64,000 nt of DNA from Dehalococcoides mccartyi (GCA_945865925.1 CAMBFG010000004.1:46659-110658), one strand, 5' to 3'; shown: positions 8,851-18,421, counted from the stretch's first letter. Program-made: numbers and translations. Notes: a model not told the origin generated them from the letters alone.

Positions 8851-9786
8851 CTATCGCAGCGGGCTGACGACGCCGTTGGCCAGCGTCCGCGGCATCTGCT
8901 CGTCGAGTTCGTCCATCGTGAAGCGGCGGTTGTACGTCAGGATCTGACGCTCGATGCTCGGGTAGGAGTAGAGGTACACCTCGCCGCCCCGCACACCGAA
9001 CAGGTGACCGTTCACGTCCGCCGACTGCTCGGAGAGCAGGTAGGACACCAGCGCTGCCGCGCTTTCCGGATCATCCGGGTGGCCGCTGCCTTCCCACTTC
9101 TGTAGCGGGATCGGCGCGGCGATGCCGGCCATCTCCTCCGCAGACACCACGCCCGCAGGCGGACGCAGTTCCTCAGACGACCCGCCAGACATCCGCGTGC
9201 GCGCCAGCGGCGAGATCGTGTTGCACGTGATGCCGTACCGGCCGAGGTCACGCGCGACCGTCCGCGCGAGCCCGATCTGCCCCTCGCTCGCCGCCGCGTA
9301 GTTCGAAGCCCCCACGGAGCCCAGGCCCGCGTCCGAGGCGAACATCACGATGCGACCGTAGCGGTTCTGCCGCATCGCGATCGAGGCGAGTTTGATCACG
9401 TTGAACGCGGCCTTGGCGTTGCCGATGACGACGGACTCGAAGTCCTCCTCCGTCATCCGCCAGATCGGCGTGTCACGTCGGATGCCCGCCGCGCACACCA
9501 GGCCGTCCAGTTTGCCGAAGCCGTCCAGCGCAGCCCGGATCGTCGTCTCCGCGCCGGCCATGGTGGCCACGTCCGCCGACACGGCGACGGCTTTGCCCCC
9601 ACGGGCGGTAATTTCTTTCGCTACGGCCTCGGCGATGCCAGGGTTGCCCCCACTACCGTCGAGTTCGACGCCGCTGTCCGCGGCGATCACCGTCGCGCCC
9701 TCCGCTGCCGCGGCCAACGCAGCCGCGCGGCCAATGCCACGCCCAGCCCCGGTGACGACGACGACGGCTCCATCAAGAGCGCCCAT
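8851..9786 (-). CDS. SDR family oxidoreductase (paralog of the preceding gene)
   Basis: Contains VVVVTGAGRGIGRAAAL and YAAASEG. Same architecture as 7875..8828, in tandem with a 22-nt gap. Confidence 0.9.
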   Translation of the reverse strand: MGALDGAVVVVTGAGRGIGRAAALAAAAEGATVIAADSGVELDGSGGNPGIAEAVAKEITARGGKAVAVSADVATMAGAETTIRAALDGFGKLDGLVCAAGIRRDTPIWRMTEEDFESVVIGNAKAAFNVIKLASIAMRQNRYGRIVMFASDAGLGSVGASNYAAASEGQIGLARTVARDLGRYGITCNTISPLARTRMSGGSSEELRPPAGVVSAEEMAGIAAPIPLQKWEGSGHPDDPESAAALVSYLLSEQSADVNGHLFGVRGGEVYLYSYPSIERQILTYNRRFTMDELDEQMPRTLANGVVSPLR

Positions 9787-9905
9787 CGCATACCCCCTTC
9801 ACGTCATTCGTGATTCCAACGGCGGATGCTACACCTGCCGTTCAAGCACGCATGAGGCGGGTATCCCGAGGCAAGGGCTTTAGGGCCTAGCAAGGGTGGC
9901 AATCG

Positions 9906-10457
9906 TCACGCTAGCGGCAGCGGCTCCCCGTCCGGTAACCCCACGTCGAAGACGTTGAGCGTCATCGAGACGAGCCCGTAGTACCCGACGATCCCGACCA
10001 AATCCACAACCCCACGCTCTCCGCCGAGCGTCGCGAGCGCCGCCTGGTACGTGCCGTCCGAGACCCGGTTCGTCGCGAAGTACTCCGTCACGAACGCGTA
10101 CACCGCCCGCTCCGCGTCATCCCGCAGCACCGGCACGGTGCCGGTGCGGACCGCCTCGACGGTCTCCCGAGGTAGCCCCGCCTCGATCGCCATCCGGGCG
10201 TGGGCGAAGAACTCGTACTGCGCTTTCCAGTGCTTCCCGGTCAGGATGATCGCGAACTCGGAGAGGTGCTTTGGTAGGCTGCTGCTGAACCGGCAGAACT
10301 CCCCCACCTTCTGTGCGCGGTCCGCGAGCACGGGCGACCGTAGCCAAGCGTCGAACGGCCCGCGCAGCCCTCCGCGCGGCCCGCTCACGATGGCATCCGC
10401 TACTTCCTTCTGCTCGGGCGTCAGGTTCGCGAGGTCGAGGGGGACGAGGCGTGCCAT
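9906..10457 (-). CDS. carboxymuconolactone decarboxylase (AhpD-like) family protein
   Basis: ORF 9906..10661, internal ATG at 10457 (MARLVPLDLANLTPEQKEV...). Contains ...HWKAQYEFFAHARMAIEAGL, typical of the CMD family. Confidence 0.8.
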   Translation of the reverse strand: MARLVPLDLANLTPEQKEVADAIVSGPRGGLRGPFDAWLRSPVLADRAQKVGEFCRFSSSLPKHLSEFAIILTGKHWKAQYEFFAHARMAIEAGLPRETVEAVRTGTVPVLRDDAERAVYAFVTEYFATNRVSDGTYQAALATLGGERGVVDLVGIVGYYGLVSMTLNVFDVGLPDGEPLPLA

Positions 10458-10643
10458 AGATGTGCTCTCCTTTGGTGACCACGGCTCATACCGAACCGTG
10501 GAAACGAACGACTGGAAGATACAACCGGGGCGGCTGGTAGCGTCACCAATTCCCGCCGGAAATGAGTGCCCCCGTTGCGTACCATGTGTATTGATGACGA
10601 AATGTGGTGGCCACCAGTGAAGGCAACCGCAGAGGTGGTTGCA

Positions 10644-11495
10644 ATGCCCATCGAGTCGCAAGGGAATCTAGTGAGTGGGTCGAGTCGTTGGACCTGGCAG
10701 AAGCCTCTTCGAGCGGCCCGCCGCGTTCTAGGAGCTGCGTCGACAGCCGCAGCGAGCCGTGTACTTGGAGCCGCGGTCGGGGGTGCCGTTGGTGGTATGC
10801 CTGGAGTGGCCCTAGGCGGCGCCGCAGGATCCTTGGCAGCGAGCACGCTGCAGCGTGTCGGCAAGGAGATCGATGCGAGACTCCTTAGTCCGCGTGAGCA
10901 GCAGCGAGTAGGAGAGGTCTTTCGCCTCGCGGTCGAGCAGATTCGGCAGAGACTGGAACGAGGCGACCAGTTGCGTTCCGACGGTTTCTTCAAGGCCGAT
11001 CCAGCCGGTCGACGTCCAGCCGCTGAGGAATTACTTGAGGGCATCCTGCTCGTTACCCAACGTGAATATCAAGAGCGCAAGCTGCCATATCTGGCGAACC
11101 TGTTCGCGAACCTCGCGTTCGACACAAACATTCCACCCACGTACGCGGTCATGCTGGTCAAGATTGCAGAGGACCTCACCTTCCGAGAGCTCATCTTACT
11201 AGAATTGTTCTCACGCCCGCATCGGATTGCACTACGGTCGGGAGACTACCGAGGATCTCCCAGCCTGCAGCATGGTCTAATCGAATTGATGTACGAGAGT
11301 CTTTACTTGCACCACCGCGGGTACGTTGCAATGCCCGGTGACACCATGCTCGGGCCATCCGACTTAAACCCAGAGAAGATGCAGACTCAGGGGGCCGGTC
11401 TGGTCCTTCGCGAGCTGATGGGATTGTCGGCACTCTGGGAACGCGACGCAGACGAGGTCAGCGAGGTGGGACGCTTACTGTCCCGAGACACGTAG
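10644..11495 (+). CDS. hypothetical protein with N-terminal Gly/Ala glycine-zipper segment (low-GC island)
   Basis: ORF 10566..11495. ATG at 10644 is preceded by AGAGGTGG. Codon third positions are not GC-biased (tta, cta, aaa, gaa), unlike all neighbours. I recognise no domain with confidence. Confidence 0.7.
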   Translation: MPIESQGNLVSGSSRWTWQKPLRAARRVLGAASTAAASRVLGAAVGGAVGGMPGVALGGAAGSLAASTLQRVGKEIDARLLSPREQQRVGEVFRLAVEQIRQRLERGDQLRSDGFFKADPAGRRPAAEELLEGILLVTQREYQERKLPYLANLFANLAFDTNIPPTYAVMLVKIAEDLTFRELILLELFSRPHRIALRSGDYRGSPSLQHGLIELMYESLYLHHRGYVAMPGDTMLGPSDLNPEKMQTQGAGLVLRELMGLSALWERDADEVSEVGRLLSRDT

Positions 11496-11537
11496 AGTGC
11501 GCTTTGATGTGCGAGTGTTTCCGTCGGGAGATGCACT

Positions 11538-12320
11538 ATGACGATGAACTACGCGGCCGACTTCCCGTCCGTGAAGGACCAGGTGAGCCCGGAGGAATGG
11601 GCAACGCGCGTCGAGCTCGCTGCCTGTTACCGGCTCGTGGACCGCTACGGCATGACGGACATGATCTACAACCACATCACCTCGAAGGTGCCGGGCACTG
11701 AGCACTTCCTCGTGAACCTCTACGGGCTCCTCTACAAGGAGATCACCGCCTCGAGCCTCGTCAAGATCGACCTGGACGGGGAGGTCATCTGGAAGCCGGA
11801 CACGGACTACACCTACAACCGCTCCGGCTATGTGATCCATGGCGCGATCCACGGTGCGAGGCCGGACGTCGGCGCGATCATCCACACCCACACCCGCGCG
11901 GGCATGGCGATCAGCGCCCAGAAGCGCGGCCTGCTCCCGCTCACGCAGACCTCGATGCGGTTCGCGGGCCACATGGGCTACCACGACTACGAAGGCCCCG
12001 CGATCAACAAGGCGGAGCAGGAACGGCTCGTCAACGACCTCGGCCACCACAATGCGATGATCCTGAAGAACCACGGGCTACTCACCTGCGGCCCCACGGT
12101 GCCCGAGGCGTTCAACCTCATGTACCAGTTAGAGATGTCCTGCCGCGCGCAGGTGGACGCGCTCTCCGCACAGGTCATCGAGCCGGATGACGATGTGGTC
12201 GCACACACCGCGAACCAGTACCAGCCCGGCGTCCGCCGCCCGTACGGTGTCCTCGAATGGCCCGCCATGCTCCGTCGCCTGAAGTACGAGACGGACGGCT
12301 TCCCGCCCTACGACTCGTAG
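11538..12320 (+). CDS. class II aldolase/adducin family protein
   Basis: Contains GAIHGARPDVGAIIHTHTRAG and NHGLLTCGPTVPEAF, typical of class II aldolase/adducin N-terminal domains. Confidence 0.9.
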   Translation: MTMNYAADFPSVKDQVSPEEWATRVELAACYRLVDRYGMTDMIYNHITSKVPGTEHFLVNLYGLLYKEITASSLVKIDLDGEVIWKPDTDYTYNRSGYVIHGAIHGARPDVGAIIHTHTRAGMAISAQKRGLLPLTQTSMRFAGHMGYHDYEGPAINKAEQERLVNDLGHHNAMILKNHGLLTCGPTVPEAFNLMYQLEMSCRAQVDALSAQVIEPDDDVVAHTANQYQPGVRRPYGVLEWPAMLRRLKYETDGFPPYDS

Positions 12321-12325
12321 CCGAG

Positions 12326-14680
12326 CTACACCGGCGGCCGGTCCACAATCACACCACGAGCAGCGAGGTCGTCAATCTCCGCCTCGCTGTACCCCGCAGA
12401 GCGGAGCGCCTCCGCGTTGTGGCCGCCGAGGGCGGGCGCGCCCGTCCACGCCTCGTAACCTCGTGAGCCATCGATGGTGAGGGGGAGGCCGTCGCTCCGG
12501 TACTGGCCTGCGTCCGGCGTCTTGAGCGTCGAGAAGTAGCCGCGCGCTTCGAGGTGAGGGTCGGACAGCCACTCGGGTGCGGAGTGGACCGGCGCTGCGG
12601 CCACTCCGACCGACTGCAGCCGCCGCGCGAGCGACTTCTTCTCCTCGCCCGCCGTCCATTCCTCGATCAGTTCGTCGAGCGCTGCCCGACGTGCGATGCG
12701 GCCGTCCGCCGTCGCGTAGCGACCATCGACTTCCCACCCACGCCCGGCCAGGCGCGCGAGGGCGGCCCACTGCGCGTCAGTGGTGCAGCCGATGGCGATC
12801 CAGTCGTCCTCGCCCAGGCAGCGATAGACGCCATACGGCGCGGCGTTCCACGCACCGTTCCCCAGCCGCTCCGGCTCACGGTTCGAGAGTTGTGCGGCGA
12901 CCATCTCCTCCGCGAGGAACGCCGCCATCGCCTCCGACTGTGACAGGTCGAGCAGCGCGCCCTTACCGGTGCGCTCGCGCTGCCACAGTGCCGTCAGCAC
13001 CGCCGACAGCCCGCACACCCCGGAAGCCGCGTCCGTAATCGCCATCGCCGTCACGCGCGGCTCGTCCTTGCCGTACCCCATCAGTGCCGTTAGCCCCGAG
13101 ATCGGCTCGATACTCGGCCCGAGCCCCACGTAGTCGCGGTATGGCCCGCGCGAACCGAACGAGGGCATCGTGAGGAAGATCAGGCGCGGGTTCCGCGCGC
13201 TCAACGCCTCGTAATCCAGTCCGAGCGAGGGCATTGCGCGGGCGCTGAAGTTCTCCACGACCACATCGGCGTTCGCGACGAGCCGCAGGATGGCGCGCTT
13301 ACCCTCGGGCGACTTGAGGTTGATCGCCAGGCTGCGCTTGTTGCGCATCAGCTTGTTGTTCAACCCCTGGCGGTTGTACGGCTTCTCTCCCGGGTCGCCA
13401 CCCGGGTAGTACCCACCCACACCCCGAGGCACGACCGCCGGCCCGCGCCCGTCCGGCGCCTCGATGCGCAGCACGTCGGCGCCGAGGTCCGCAAGGAACC
13501 GCGTCGCGAGCGGGCCCGACCAGATCCGCGTGAAGTCCAACACGCGGATGCCTTCGAGCGGGCGCTGCTTCGGCGCGGAGCCACCCAGCGCCTCCATATC
13601 GTGCCAGCCAACGCCCTCCGTCGATTCGAGGATCGGGCGCGGCGGCCGCTCTGGCGCACGCCGGTCGCCAGCGAACTGGAACGCCGAGCCGGGCAGCACC
13701 ACGTCCGCCGTGTCCGGCGCGTCGACGCCTGGCTCGGTATCGATCCCGCGCCAGAAGCGACGCGACTCGAGTTGAGGGTCAGCACGCATCTCTGCGAACG
13801 ACTGGACGTACCCGATCGGCACGCGCCACTTCTCCTGGCCCTCGCGAAAGACCTCACGCGCGGGTAACTTCTGGAAGAAGGCCTCGCTCAGTGCCTCCAC
13901 CTCATCGCGGTGCGCCATGCGGCCCGCGTTCAGCGCGAGCTCAGCGTTCCCTTCGAGTTCCACGCCACCTACCCAGAGGGCATAGGACGGCCAGAACTGC
14001 TGTAGGACGTTGACGGCGACCCAGCCATCGCGCGCGCGCAGCATGGTCGTCGGACAGAGGTTCTCCCAGCGGTTGCCGTGCCTCGACCGCACGAGGCCAT
14101 CGGCAAGCCACATGAGGTCCGTGAACTGGTGCAGCGTCGCGAGCGTCTCGTAAATCGACAGATCAATCGTCGCGCACTCGTTCGTCCGCAACGCCGCGGC
14201 CAGCGCGACGCTGTAGGCGAGCGTGCCCGCCTGCACGTAGGGGTACGGCCCCGGCATCGTCAGCGGCGCGCGTCCCGGGTCACCGGAGAGGTGCGTGTAC
14301 CCCCCGATCGCGAGCAGCGTCCCCGCAGTCGCCTCGTCATCGCGGTATGGCCCGGTGCGCCCGAACGGCGTGATCGCCGCGCGCGCTCGTGTCCGCTCAC
14401 CACCGAGGGTGTCGAACGCGATCACCTCGAGGTCGCGCGGCCGCAGGTCGCTCAGCACGACGTCCGCTTCGCGCGCGAGCCGGATGAGGGCATCCCGTCC
14501 CTCGGGCGTCGCCCAGTCAACCACCACGCGGGTCTTTCCCCCGTGCAGCGCGATCTCAGCCGCCCGAGTCCCCGCACCCCGCGACGAGGACACGCGGATC
14601 ACCTCCGCGCCCCACCGCGCGAACCATTTGCCTGCCCAGGCCGCAGCCTGGTCGGCGTCGCTGATCTCCAGTACGCGCAC
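12326..14680 (-). CDS. tandem-fused double family III CoA-transferase (784 aa)
   Basis: Two CaiB-like halves. The first starts MRVLEISDADQAAAWAGKWFARWGAEVIRV. The second has LEGIRVLDFTRIWSGPLATRFLADLGADVLRIEAPDGRG. GTG at 14680 is preceded by GGAGGAGG. Confidence 0.85.
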   Translation of the reverse strand: MRVLEISDADQAAAWAGKWFARWGAEVIRVSSSRGAGTRAAEIALHGGKTRVVVDWATPEGRDALIRLAREADVVLSDLRPRDLEVIAFDTLGGERTRARAAITPFGRTGPYRDDEATAGTLLAIGGYTHLSGDPGRAPLTMPGPYPYVQAGTLAYSVALAAALRTNECATIDLSIYETLATLHQFTDLMWLADGLVRSRHGNRWENLCPTTMLRARDGWVAVNVLQQFWPSYALWVGGVELEGNAELALNAGRMAHRDEVEALSEAFFQKLPAREVFREGQEKWRVPIGYVQSFAEMRADPQLESRRFWRGIDTEPGVDAPDTADVVLPGSAFQFAGDRRAPERPPRPILESTEGVGWHDMEALGGSAPKQRPLEGIRVLDFTRIWSGPLATRFLADLGADVLRIEAPDGRGPAVVPRGVGGYYPGGDPGEKPYNRQGLNNKLMRNKRSLAINLKSPEGKRAILRLVANADVVVENFSARAMPSLGLDYEALSARNPRLIFLTMPSFGSRGPYRDYVGLGPSIEPISGLTALMGYGKDEPRVTAMAITDAASGVCGLSAVLTALWQRERTGKGALLDLSQSEAMAAFLAEEMVAAQLSNREPERLGNGAWNAAPYGVYRCLGEDDWIAIGCTTDAQWAALARLAGRGWEVDGRYATADGRIARRAALDELIEEWTAGEEKKSLARRLQSVGVAAAPVHSAPEWLSDPHLEARGYFSTLKTPDAGQYRSDGLPLTIDGSRGYEAWTGAPALGGHNAEALRSAGYSEAEIDDLAARGVIVDRPPV

Positions 14681-14901
14681 GGGGACCCCTCCTCCAGCGC
14701 GCTCGGGCCTAACGGCGGGCCGCCGGCGCGACTATAGCCGTGCCGCAGAGGATCAGTGACCGTGCGACCTCACCCGCCGCGCGACGAGAGATTCCCACCC
14801 TCCTCCCCGGCCCTCACCCCACCTAGACCTTCGATTTCTCGTTGACAGATCCGGCCGGGTCTGCCACCGTCCCGCCCAGCGATCGAGCGGGACCGAACGA
14901 G

Positions 14902-15706
14902 GTGAGTCATACCCTGGGTAAACGTCAACGGCAGCGACACCCACTACGTCGAGGCGGGCTCGGGTCAACCGCTCGTCTTCCTGCATGGCAACTCGTCCTG
15001 TGGCCAGGCATGGTTCCAGCAGTTCGCCGCCTTCAGCGACCGCTTCCGCTGCATCGCCTACGACAGCGTGAACCACGGCCACTCCGCGAACTCCCCGCGC
15101 GACGCTGACGAGCCCGACCGTGCCGATGAACTCGAGGGCTTCCTCGCCGCCCTCGGCATCCAGCGCCCGATCCTGGCGGGGAACTCGATGGGCGGGAACA
15201 CCGCCCTGCGCTGGGCGGCGCGCCACCCCGGTGACGCCGTCGCGCTCATCATCTCGGGCGCCGGCGTCCGTGCTGCGGCAGAGTCGATGCCCGCCACGCC
15301 GAAACCGCTCGACCCGGAGCGCCTCTACATCCCGTTCGGCGACTCCTTCACCCCGCAGTTCGAGGCGCAGCAGCCGGATATGCACGCGCGCTACTACCGC
15401 ATCCGCTCGACTGCGACACGCATCGAGGCGCTCCGCCACCCCCGCAAGGCGAGCGCGAAGACGGTCGCAGAGCGGGCGGGCATGGTGGATGCCGTCAAGA
15501 AGATCACCTCGCCGCTGCAGATCATCACCGGCGACCTCGACACCGCACTCGAAGCGGCGAAGGGGCTGCACGCCGTGCGGCCGGACGTTGGCTACGTGCA
15601 GATGCCCGGCGCACCGCACAACGCGTACTGGGAAATGGCGAAGGAGTGGAACGCGGTAGCGGCCGCGTTCCTCGACTCCGTGATGGCGGCGGTCCCCGCG
15701 CGGTAA
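14902..15706 (+). pseudogene. alpha/beta hydrolase, reading frame disrupted at the extreme 5' end (or assembly indel)
   Basis: ORF 15068..15706 carries GNSMGG (GxSxG), an Asp (GDLD) and a His (APHNAYWE). Hydrolase-like sequence WVNVNGSDTHYVEAGSGQPLVFLHGNS continues upstream in frame to 14906, but with no start codon and a TGA at 14903-05. GTG at 14902 is in another frame. Removing one C from ACCC (14911-14914) gives MSHTWVNVNG... Confidence 0.65.
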
Positions 15707-15725
15707 TTTCGCGGTCACATTCGAC

Positions 15726-15761
15726 GAGGCCCGGCATACCGAGGGGGAAGTGCCGGGCCTC
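15726..15761 (+). terminator. terminator-like hairpin
   Basis: 11-bp stem GAGGCCCGGCA...TGCCGGGCCTC with a 14-nt loop, 20 nt after the stop at 15706. Confidence 0.5.
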
Positions 15762-15821
15762 TCCGTTCCCGGCCTCTCACCTCGCGCGGCTGCTATCGTC
15801 GAAAGCGGATGTGGAGGGCTG

Positions 15822-16292
15822 ATGCCCGGCTATCGCTTCGTCACTGACTGGGACTTCGAAGCCCCGATCGAGGAGGTCTTCGAGACCGTGGGTGATTCGC
15901 TCCGTTGGCCCGAATGGTGGCGCGGCATCCGAGCCGTCACCGAACTCACCGACCACGAGCCGCAGGGCATCGGCAACCGCCGCCGTTACGTGTTCCGCTC
16001 GTTCCTGCCGTACGACCTCGTCTTCGTCATGCAGGTCACGGGGGTGGATCAGCCCGTCGCGCTGACCGGGCACGCCACCGGCGAACTCGAGGGCGATGGA
16101 CGCTGGTTCTTTACTCCCACCGCGACCGGCACCCACGTCCGCTACGAATGGGACGTCCGCACCACGCAATGGTGGATGAACCTCCTCGCGCCGATCGCGC
16201 GGCCGGTGTTCACCTGGAACCACGGCATCGTGATGCGCTGGGGCGAAGAGGGCCTTCGACGTCGCCTCGGCCTCCCCGCTCGCCCGAAGTAG
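15822..16292 (+). CDS. SRPBCC (START/polyketide cyclase-like) family protein
   Basis: ORF 15750..16292. ATG at 15822 is preceded by GGAGGG. Contains ...FEAPIEEVFETVGDSLRWPEWW, typical of SRPBCC proteins. Confidence 0.75.
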   Translation: MPGYRFVTDWDFEAPIEEVFETVGDSLRWPEWWRGIRAVTELTDHEPQGIGNRRRYVFRSFLPYDLVFVMQVTGVDQPVALTGHATGELEGDGRWFFTPTATGTHVRYEWDVRTTQWWMNLLAPIARPVFTWNHGIVMRWGEEGLRRRLGLPARPK

Positions 16293-16386
16293 CGAACCTC
16301 ACCGGCGTCGAGCGACGGGCGACGCGGTACCAGTCGCCCTCGCGGTACAGTTCCTGCTCAGACGGACAACGGGACGAGGGCGAGCG

Positions 16387-17457
16387 ATGAGTGTGCTGTT
16401 CACGCCGGTGCGACTGCGCGACCTGGAGATGCGGAATCGCATCTGGGTCTCGCCCATGTGCGAATACTCCTGCGAAGACCAGGACGGCCTCGCCAACGAC
16501 TGGCACCTCGTCCACCTCGGCTCCCGCGCCGTCGGCGGCGCTGGCCTCGTGATGACCGAGGCCGCCGCCGTCACCGAAGACGGGCGCATCAGCCCTTATG
16601 ACCTCGGCATCTGGTCGGACGCACACGCGGACGCGCTGGTGCCGACCGTCCGGTTCATCGAGGCCAACGGCGCAGCGTCGGCGATCCAGTTGGCGCACGC
16701 CGGGCGTAAAGCCTCGACCAACCGCCCCTGCGCCGGTGGCAAGCCCGTCGACAGTTCCGAGGGCGGCTGGGAACCCTCTGGCCCCAGCCCGCTGCCGTAT
16801 GCGCCGGGCTATGCCGAGCCTCACGCGTACTCCACCGCCGAAGTGCGGGCCGTCATCGACGCGTTCGCGGCAGCAACCGTCCGCTCGGCGCGCGCCGGCT
16901 TCAAGGCCGTCGAGATCCACGCGGCGCACGGCTATCTCCTCCACCAATTCCTCTCCCCGTTCTCCAACCAGCGCACCGACGAGTTCGGCGGCGACTTCGA
17001 CGGCCGCACGCGCCTCGCCCTCGAGGTCGCCCGCGCCGTCCGCGAGTCGTTCCCGCGCGAACTCCCCGTGCTCGTCCGCATCTCCGCCAGCGAATACGTC
17101 GAGGGTGGCTGGGGCCTCGATGACTCAGTGGAACTCTCCTGCCGCCTGAAGGCCGCGGGCGTCGACCTGATCGACTGCTCGTCCGGTGGAAACCTGCCGC
17201 AGCAGCAGTTGCGGGTCTACCCCGGCTACCAGGTGCCCTTCGCCCGTAGCATTCGCGAGCGGGCCGGTGTCGCGACCGGTGCTGTCGGCCTCATCACCGC
17301 CCCCGAGCAGGCCGAGGCGATCGTCGCGAGCGGCGAGGCCGATGTTGTGCTGCTCGGTCGCGAACTGCTGCGCGACCCGTACTGGCCGCTGCACGCTGCC
17401 CGTGACCTCCGCGCCGACATCGAATGGCCCGCCCAGTACCGCCGCGCGAAGTTGTAG
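16387..17457 (+). CDS. NADH:flavin oxidoreductase, Old Yellow Enzyme family (YqjM/NamA-like)
   Basis: Contains RNRIWVSPMCEYS, HLVHLGSRAVGGAGLVMTEA and VEIHAAHGYLLHQFLSP. Confidence 0.92.
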   Translation: MSVLFTPVRLRDLEMRNRIWVSPMCEYSCEDQDGLANDWHLVHLGSRAVGGAGLVMTEAAAVTEDGRISPYDLGIWSDAHADALVPTVRFIEANGAASAIQLAHAGRKASTNRPCAGGKPVDSSEGGWEPSGPSPLPYAPGYAEPHAYSTAEVRAVIDAFAAATVRSARAGFKAVEIHAAHGYLLHQFLSPFSNQRTDEFGGDFDGRTRLALEVARAVRESFPRELPVLVRISASEYVEGGWGLDDSVELSCRLKAAGVDLIDCSSGGNLPQQQLRVYPGYQVPFARSIRERAGVATGAVGLITAPEQAEAIVASGEADVVLLGRELLRDPYWPLHAARDLRADIEWPAQYRRAKL

Positions 17458-17480
17458 CGGTCATCGGACCCGGACACGAA

Positions 17481-17504
17481 GAAGCCCCGCTCGCGCGGGG
17501 CTTC
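17481..17504. terminator. bidirectional terminator hairpin
   Basis: GAAGCCCCGC-TCGC-GCGGGGCTTC between convergent genes. Confidence 0.65.
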
Positions 17505-17527
17505 TCGTCGAGGTCGTGCGTCGAGGG

Positions 17528-18346
17528 CTAGGCCAGCAGTTCAGCCGCCTTCAGGTTGTTCTCACGCAGCACGTCGACCGCGTAGGTGATCTTCCCGGTC
17601 TTCGTCGCGGCGTCACCGTGGACGAGGTACAGGCACGCCTCCGCCATGTGCTCGATCGGCGTCTCGCGCTCCTTCGTCGCCTCGGACACCAACTTGTGAT
17701 GCACCGTCCCCGGCGTGGCCACGAGGCCCGGCGAGATCACGTTGACGGCCACGCCGTCGCGGTAGACCTCGGAGGCGAGGCCGGTCGTGTAGCGCTCGAG
17801 GGCGGCCTTGCACATGCCGTACACGGTGCCACCCGCACCCTCGCGACCTTCACTCGACTTCGGGTGGAGCGCCGCGTGCGATGAGATGTTCAGGATCCAG
17901 CCCGAGTGACGCTCGCGCATGCTCGGCAGCACCATCTGCGACAGGTGCAGCGGTGCGTAGACCTGCACTTCCTGCATCAACTTGAACCGACGCTCCGGGA
18001 AGTCCACGATCGGGATGAAGAACGTCACCGCTGCGTTGTTCACCAGAATGTCGACGGGGCCGAACGCCTTCGTGGTCTCCTCGATGAGACGGACGCGATC
18101 AGCATTCACGGCGAGGTCGCACTTGACCGCGAGGGCTTCGCCACCGGCGTCCTTGATGCGCTTGACGACACCGTTGATGCTGCCCTCCAGCATGTGGTCG
18201 CCCTCGTTCTCCGTGCGCGCGGAGACCACGACCTTCGCGCCCTCCTGGGCGTAGCGGTAGGCGATCGCAGCGCCGATGCCGCGGGATGCGCCGGTGATCA
18301 CGGCGACTTTGCCGGCCAGCAGGCCGTTCTTGTTCACGGTTGCCAT
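17528..18346 (-). CDS. SDR family oxidoreductase
   Basis: ORF 17528..18382, ATG at 18346 (MATVNKNGLLAGKVAVITGASRGIG...). Confidence 0.9.
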   Translation of the reverse strand: MATVNKNGLLAGKVAVITGASRGIGAAIAYRYAQEGAKVVVSARTENEGDHMLEGSINGVVKRIKDAGGEALAVKCDLAVNADRVRLIEETTKAFGPVDILVNNAAVTFFIPIVDFPERRFKLMQEVQVYAPLHLSQMVLPSMRERHSGWILNISSHAALHPKSSEGREGAGGTVYGMCKAALERYTTGLASEVYRDGVAVNVISPGLVATPGTVHHKLVSEATKERETPIEHMAEACLYLVHGDAATKTGKITYAVDVLRENNLKAAELLA

Positions 18347-18421
18347 GTCTGAACCCCCTCTGTCCGGGTGTCCACCCGGCACAGCGAGGGTTCTATCACT
18401 CTACCGAGGCGCGTGCGAGCC

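Noticed and set aside
14841-14870. TTGACA hexamer as a -35 promoter element upstream of the hydrolase gene (and TTGACG at 30322)
   Set aside because: No convincing -10 element lies at 16-18 nt spacing, and sigma-factor consensus for this organism is unknown. Too weak to call.
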